Source of the DNA: Candidatus Bathyarchaeia archaeon
GTDB lineage: Archaea; Thermoproteota; Bathyarchaeia; Bathyarchaeales; Bathycorpusculaceae
Assembly: GCA_037481775.1 (NCBI GenBank)
Contig: JBBFKZ010000001.1
Span: 32,001 to 96,000, forward strand
Length of the DNA stretch: 64,000 nucleotides
Direction: 5' to 3'
Both the position numbers and the translations under genes were made by a program. Shown piece by piece: positions 59,762 to 64,000 of this stretch. The notes below the pieces were generated by a model. It was not told the origin of the DNA. It made no database searches and was given only the letters and a program-made list of their open reading frames with translations. How positions within the stretch are numbered: position 1 is the stretch's first letter; each line of letters begins with the position of its first letter.

Positions 59762-62700
59762 TTAAGCAAAGTCAACAAGGCTGACTTGCCGGGGTTTTTT
59801 GTTATCGAACATAAATTTGATTTCGTCTTTTATTAAGGCAATTCGCTGAGCATAATACTTTGGTAATCCATATTTATCAATCAATTGCTGTGCGGCTGCA
59901 AGATATTTTTCTATGCCACCACGATAAACCGTAAGTGTCAAGAGCCCACCGCAAAAAGGGCATCTACCAGACAAAGGCAAACGCCGAAAACGCTTGTTAC
60001 ATGACTTGCATCTAAATCCTTGCGTTGAGAAAGCACGCAAATTGCCAGAAATGTCTCGAAGGAAATGAGTTGTCAACACTTTTAAAGCAACACGCTTTAC
60101 ATCTACGGCCTCAATTTTTTCCCCTAAATCTAGTTGCATATTTAATTTTTCAATCATCGACTTAAACTGCTTATAAGAACTAACCGCGTTGCCAAGGTTT
60201 ATGTTCGAAATAGGCGTGGTAAATTTGAACCCTTCAAATTGTCCTTCGGTTCCAAGTCGGTGACTGATAAGGTCTATAATGGGGCTAATTTGTTTAGCGT
60301 CGACCTTTTCTAAAGTTTTTTCGTAAAATTCAAGTGGGTATGCGCCATCAACATCAAAGTCATGCGCTTGCCGCTGTACTTCCTTAGTGTTCACAAAAGG
60401 AATCAACAGCAAAGGAGCGTCCATAATGCCGCCTATTTGCGCGGGCAAGTAACTTCTGGAAAAGTTCAGCAATGTATCTAAAGCTAGCATCACAGCATCC
60501 TCATCGCCGTCACAGTCTCTGCGTTTAGCCGAATGCCAGATAGGGTGAGCATAACAAACATTGAGTTCAGTAAATCCAACAATGCGACCCAAGATGCCAA
60601 CGCAAGTATGCGGCGCCAAACCCATAATCAAATGACCAACCAAATCATCAACACTTTTAACGTTATAATACCTTGGGAGTGTGTAGACTTTTTCTAGAAG
60701 CTCATCTATGAAGTTTGCGACACGCATAAAGTACTCTGCGGCTTTCCGTGGAATTACAACATCTTGAATTTTAAGCTCACATACTTGTTCAGAATCAGTC
60801 AATGGAGAACCATACATATCAAAGGAATAACCCAGTTGCCTAAGCTTTTCAACAGACACTCCGACTTCAGCTGGTTTGAAATGTGTTAAGGGCGCATTGG
60901 TGGCGTCAAATCTAATTGTTCCGTCCTTATAGACTGACAAGCCATGTTTTGCGCGTAAAATACCCTTCTCAATAATTTCAGGAGTCTTATCTTCATTAGT
61001 TAATCCTTTAACACCCTTCAAAGTTTTCAGCGAAGAAACACCAAGCAAGCCACATGCGTCTTCAAGCAATTCCTTAAAATTAACTGTTTGCCGCTGATAT
61101 CCTACAGCACCAGCTTTACAAGTTGGGCAGGTGTTCTCCTTCAAAGTCCTGCCACACTGCGGGCAACACTTTTCGACGACAGTTTCACAGCCGCAAATAA
61201 CGCATTTCACTTTGAAAGTAAAAGCCTTGCAGTTAGGGCACTTACGTTTGATAATGTCGATAAAAACAGGCCCTTTTTTTGCTGCTTCTAAAAGGTCTCG
61301 GTGAGAGCCTCCAGCTAATCCTACTGGAAAAAGAGCATGTACCAGAGGCTTCATCTCTCGCCTCTTCGCCTTTTCAGGTCGCCCCATACGGGCACCCACA
61401 AAGGTAGGTGCCTTATCCCTGATTTCAACGCCAGAAAGCAGGCTAATTGCCTTCAGTACAGACGTATCTTTATCTTCAATTATTCGCGAAGTGCCATGGC
61501 CGAGGCAGAAAGCTAAGGCACAAGCATCATCGCCTTCAAGTATAATCTTGTTTTCTAAAAACTTGTGAGGAGCAAAGATTTTTCGCAGAATTTGAACGAC
61601 CTTTTGATCGATGGATCCAACAATCTTGCAAGCAAAATCGTCCTCAAGAGTTACTGCTGCATCGTTCAACCATTCTCTTAGCAACATAACTTCTTGGAAT
61701 GAGTCCAAATTTGACCAGAAAAACGTGTGACTAGGATGCAAAGGCACGTTAAAAGTTACAGCCAACATTATTGCTTCTCTCGCAGAGGGTTTTGTGAAAA
61801 AGGGTGATTCATAAAAAGCGCATAATTTTTCCTTTGAAATTTTAACAGCCTCAGCAGCTTTTGTTAAGTCACCGCCGAATCTTTCGGTAAGAACCTTCTT
61901 TAAGTCTTTAGCCCACCATTCTTCAACATAACCCGAAGGAGAAAGCCCCTTGCTAGTGTAAAGGAAATCGCCAAAGCTAATTAAGATGTCACCTAAAAAC
62001 AAAATTTTCTCAATCTTGTCCTTTATAGAGTCAAAATTTTCAAGGGAAACACGCACAACTGAACCATCATTCAATAAAACGATTGGAGGTTCAAGACTGT
62101 CTACAGGCACTGTGATTCCGCCTTTACCAGGAAGCTCAAGCCGCATTTGTGTGCCAGCAGCAAGAAAACGTTCCACCACAAGCATAGTAGCGGGGTGGAT
62201 TCCCACAGCGGAAAGTCCTGTGTTTCGAGCGCGACCATATCTAAGCCGGAAGCCTCCGCGTCTAGATGGGAAAGAGAAAATGGGGCGGCCAGCAATTACG
62301 TCGTCCATAAATCCGGCAGATTTTTTTTCTGATTTCTTTCGGAACTCCCGAAGCCAATCCCAGCCTTGAAAGCCAAGCTTTTCGATTATAGCTAAAACTT
62401 TCGGGGCACGCCCTACTACACCATCGTTGACAACTCGCAAAGCCCCTCCTCTTACGCGATTAGTCTCGATTCTTTCAAGATTTCTGAAGGAGGAAACTTC
62501 TATGGGATCAGATTCAGTGCCTGTCACCTCAACAGGAAGCCACTCAAGGGCTTTTTTTAATTCTTCATCAGAAACATGATATTGAAAACGCCCTACTGAG
62601 CGTTCATATAATCTTAGCTCCTCAAGAAAACGAGAAATTTCTTCCGCCGTAGGCTTATAGCGCTCAAGCCCCAGCAAGCGACGCACAAAATCTCCAACAA

Positions 62701-63175
62701 CAAGCGTTAACGCTTGATCTGTCCCACCTGCTGACCTTATTGGCCCTGCAAAATATATGGCAAGATATCTAGTTCGATCAGCATTAGTCTTTATTTTTAC
62801 TTGCGCTACACCTTGTATTGGCGCTGCCGTAAGACCTTCAGTAAATATTGCAAGTGCTGTGCGTATAGCTTGCTCTGCCGCTGCTTCCGATGCCATACGA
62901 CCAAAAGTGCCGCAGACGATTTCTTCGGCAATTTTAAAGGCTATTTCTTCCCTCTGCATTTTAGTGCTTAATTCGCGGATGCGCACAGCCACACCTTTTG
63001 GTCCAACAAGCCCCTCTACAAGCTCAGCTATGTCTTGGGCAATAACACATTCAGTCTTTAATGAGGGATCAAGTCCCCTTGATCTAGCTAGATCACTTAT
63101 TGCATACAATTGACTGAGCTGGTTCTCCAACGTATAAATGTATGCTTGATGGGTCATGCCAATTTTGCTGTTCAA
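59762..63175 (-). CDS. polC: DNA polymerase D large subunit DP2
   Basis: YFAGPIRSAGGT, GRPIF....GGFRLRYGR, RMGRPEK, KRRDCDGDED and zinc fingers. No intein. Confidence 0.97.
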   Translation of the reverse strand: MNSKIGMTHQAYIYTLENQLSQLYAISDLARSRGLDPSLKTECVIAQDIAELVEGLVGPKGVAVRIRELSTKMQREEIAFKIAEEIVCGTFGRMASEAAAEQAIRTALAIFTEGLTAAPIQGVAQVKIKTNADRTRYLAIYFAGPIRSAGGTDQALTLVVGDFVRRLLGLERYKPTAEEISRFLEELRLYERSVGRFQYHVSDEELKKALEWLPVEVTGTESDPIEVSSFRNLERIETNRVRGGALRVVNDGVVGRAPKVLAIIEKLGFQGWDWLREFRKKSEKKSAGFMDDVIAGRPIFSFPSRRGGFRLRYGRARNTGLSAVGIHPATMLVVERFLAAGTQMRLELPGKGGITVPVDSLEPPIVLLNDGSVVRVSLENFDSIKDKIEKILFLGDILISFGDFLYTSKGLSPSGYVEEWWAKDLKKVLTERFGGDLTKAAEAVKISKEKLCAFYESPFFTKPSAREAIMLAVTFNVPLHPSHTFFWSNLDSFQEVMLLREWLNDAAVTLEDDFACKIVGSIDQKVVQILRKIFAPHKFLENKIILEGDDACALAFCLGHGTSRIIEDKDTSVLKAISLLSGVEIRDKAPTFVGARMGRPEKAKRREMKPLVHALFPVGLAGGSHRDLLEAAKKGPVFIDIIKRKCPNCKAFTFKVKCVICGCETVVEKCCPQCGRTLKENTCPTCKAGAVGYQRQTVNFKELLEDACGLLGVSSLKTLKGVKGLTNEDKTPEIIEKGILRAKHGLSVYKDGTIRFDATNAPLTHFKPAEVGVSVEKLRQLGYSFDMYGSPLTDSEQVCELKIQDVVIPRKAAEYFMRVANFIDELLEKVYTLPRYYNVKSVDDLVGHLIMGLAPHTCVGILGRIVGFTELNVCYAHPIWHSAKRRDCDGDEDAVMLALDTLLNFSRSYLPAQIGGIMDAPLLLIPFVNTKEVQRQAHDFDVDGAYPLEFYEKTLEKVDAKQISPIIDLISHRLGTEGQFEGFKFTTPISNINLGNAVSSYKQFKSMIEKLNMQLDLGEKIEAVDVKRVALKVLTTHFLRDISGNLRAFSTQGFRCKSCNKRFRRLPLSGRCPFCGGLLTLTVYRGGIEKYLAAAQQLIDKYGLPKYYAQRIALIKDEIKFMFDNKKPRQVSLVDFA

Positions 63176-63295
63176 GCGCTACTCCTGCCAAAAATGTTTA
63201 ACAAAGGGGTTATTTTGGCTTTCTAACATAAAAATCGAAAAAACCTTAAAAGAAAAAATCATATCAGCTGTTTTTAACTCAAAAAGACCCAGCGA

Positions 63296-64000
63296 TTAGT
63301 GCTTAGCTTTTTTAACGCCTTCAATTATTTCAGATATTTTTTGCCCAGCCTTATCGCTTTCAACGACGTTACCCGTGACTATTATGTCCGCTCCTGCTGA
63401 AACCGCAGCTAACGCTTGCTCTTTAGTTCTTACTCCCCCACCAACAATAAGTGGAACATCTATGAAGTGCTTGATTGTTTTGATCATTTCAGGCGGCACA
63501 GGAGTTTTCGCCCCAGAGCCTCCTTCAAGATATATAAAGTGCATGCCAAGGTATTGCCCAGCAAGTGCATGCGCCGCTGCGAGTTCAGGTTTGTTGTAGG
63601 GCACGGGAATAGCTTTGCCAACGATTCCCGCAGTACCTCCTTCACCAACGATTATGTATCCCATTGAAATCGGTTCTAAACCATATTTCTTCACTAGAGG
63701 CGCGCCTAGGATTTGAGCGCCTATAAGAAAGTAAGGATCTACAGAATTCAGAAGAGACATGAACCATATGGCATCTGCATACCGGCTTATTCCTGTTATA
63801 TTGTTGGGGAATAGAATTATGGGAAGCTTAACTGCACGCTTAATAGCTTTAACCATGGAATCTAGGTGCGCTTGTGAAACAAAAGTTGAGCCGCCAATCA
63901 TGATAGCGGAGGTTCCGCTGATTTCAGAGGATTCAGCAACTCGCGCGGCTTGCGGCGGCGTCATTTTTTCGGGATCTATAAGGGTTATGTGAATTGAACC
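63296..64000 (-). CDS. Geranylgeranylglyceryl phosphate synthase (5' end off the window)
   Basis: The frame is open to the window edge (GSIHITLIDPEK...). Motifs IGGST, FMSLLNS, YLEGGSGA, VGGG and VTGN. Confidence 0.94.
   Translation of the reverse strand, partial: GSIHITLIDPEKMTPPQAARVAESSEISGTSAIMIGGSTFVSQAHLDSMVKAIKRAVKLPIILFPNNITGISRYADAIWFMSLLNSVDPYFLIGAQILGAPLVKKYGLEPISMGYIIVGEGGTAGIVGKAIPVPYNKPELAAAHALAGQYLGMHFIYLEGGSGAKTPVPPEMIKTIKHFIDVPLIVGGGVRTKEQALAAVSAGADIIVTGNVVESDKAGQKISEIIEGVKKAKH

Noticed and set aside
59762-63175. Inteins in DP2 or RFC, which are common insertion hosts
   Set aside because: Lengths are normal and there are no C...HN splice motifs or LAGLIDADG blocks.
1-64000. 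CRISPR arrays, rRNA, IS elements, Sec/Pyl recoding
   Set aside because: I saw no regularly spaced repeats, rRNA-like tracts, transposases or conserved genes split by an in-frame TGA/TAG.

Overview
This is an archaeal chromosome segment, most likely Bathyarchaeia. That call is inference from PolD DP2 occurring with TACK-type eL38, translin, Dph2 and Csl4, GGTGA/GGAGG ribosome-binding sites and frequent TTG/GTG starts. From about 25 kb onward the window is mostly conserved informational and housekeeping genes: tfs-rpoL-csl4, dph2, ppsA, rpl10e, rfcS/L, thermosome/Hsp20, taw1, rpoP, ksgA-rpoF-rpl21e-pus10-srp54, eIF5A, nob1, sec61beta, polC and GGGPS. The left 25 kb is more accessory. It holds an amt gene with RHH and Lrp regulators, a bacterial-type DUF4956/LTD/VTC polyphosphate-polymerase/giant Cthe_2159 beta-helix operon next to the 3' end of tRNA-Pro(GGG) and a decayed RHH gene, a MacB/FtsX-type ABC system flanked by two coiled-coil HtrA proteases, a tungsten AOR operon and an orphan Zim-like methyltransferase. 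I read several features directly from the DNA that the ORF track lacks: amt, tRNA-Pro, sec61beta, an RHH pseudogene, a 46-aa membrane ORF and a wHTH gene that appears to start at ATC. The best candidate for an undescribed system is the VTC/DUF4956 operon, a putative polyphosphate synthesis-export-surface capture module in an archaeon. All family calls come from motif recognition by eye; no searches were run.
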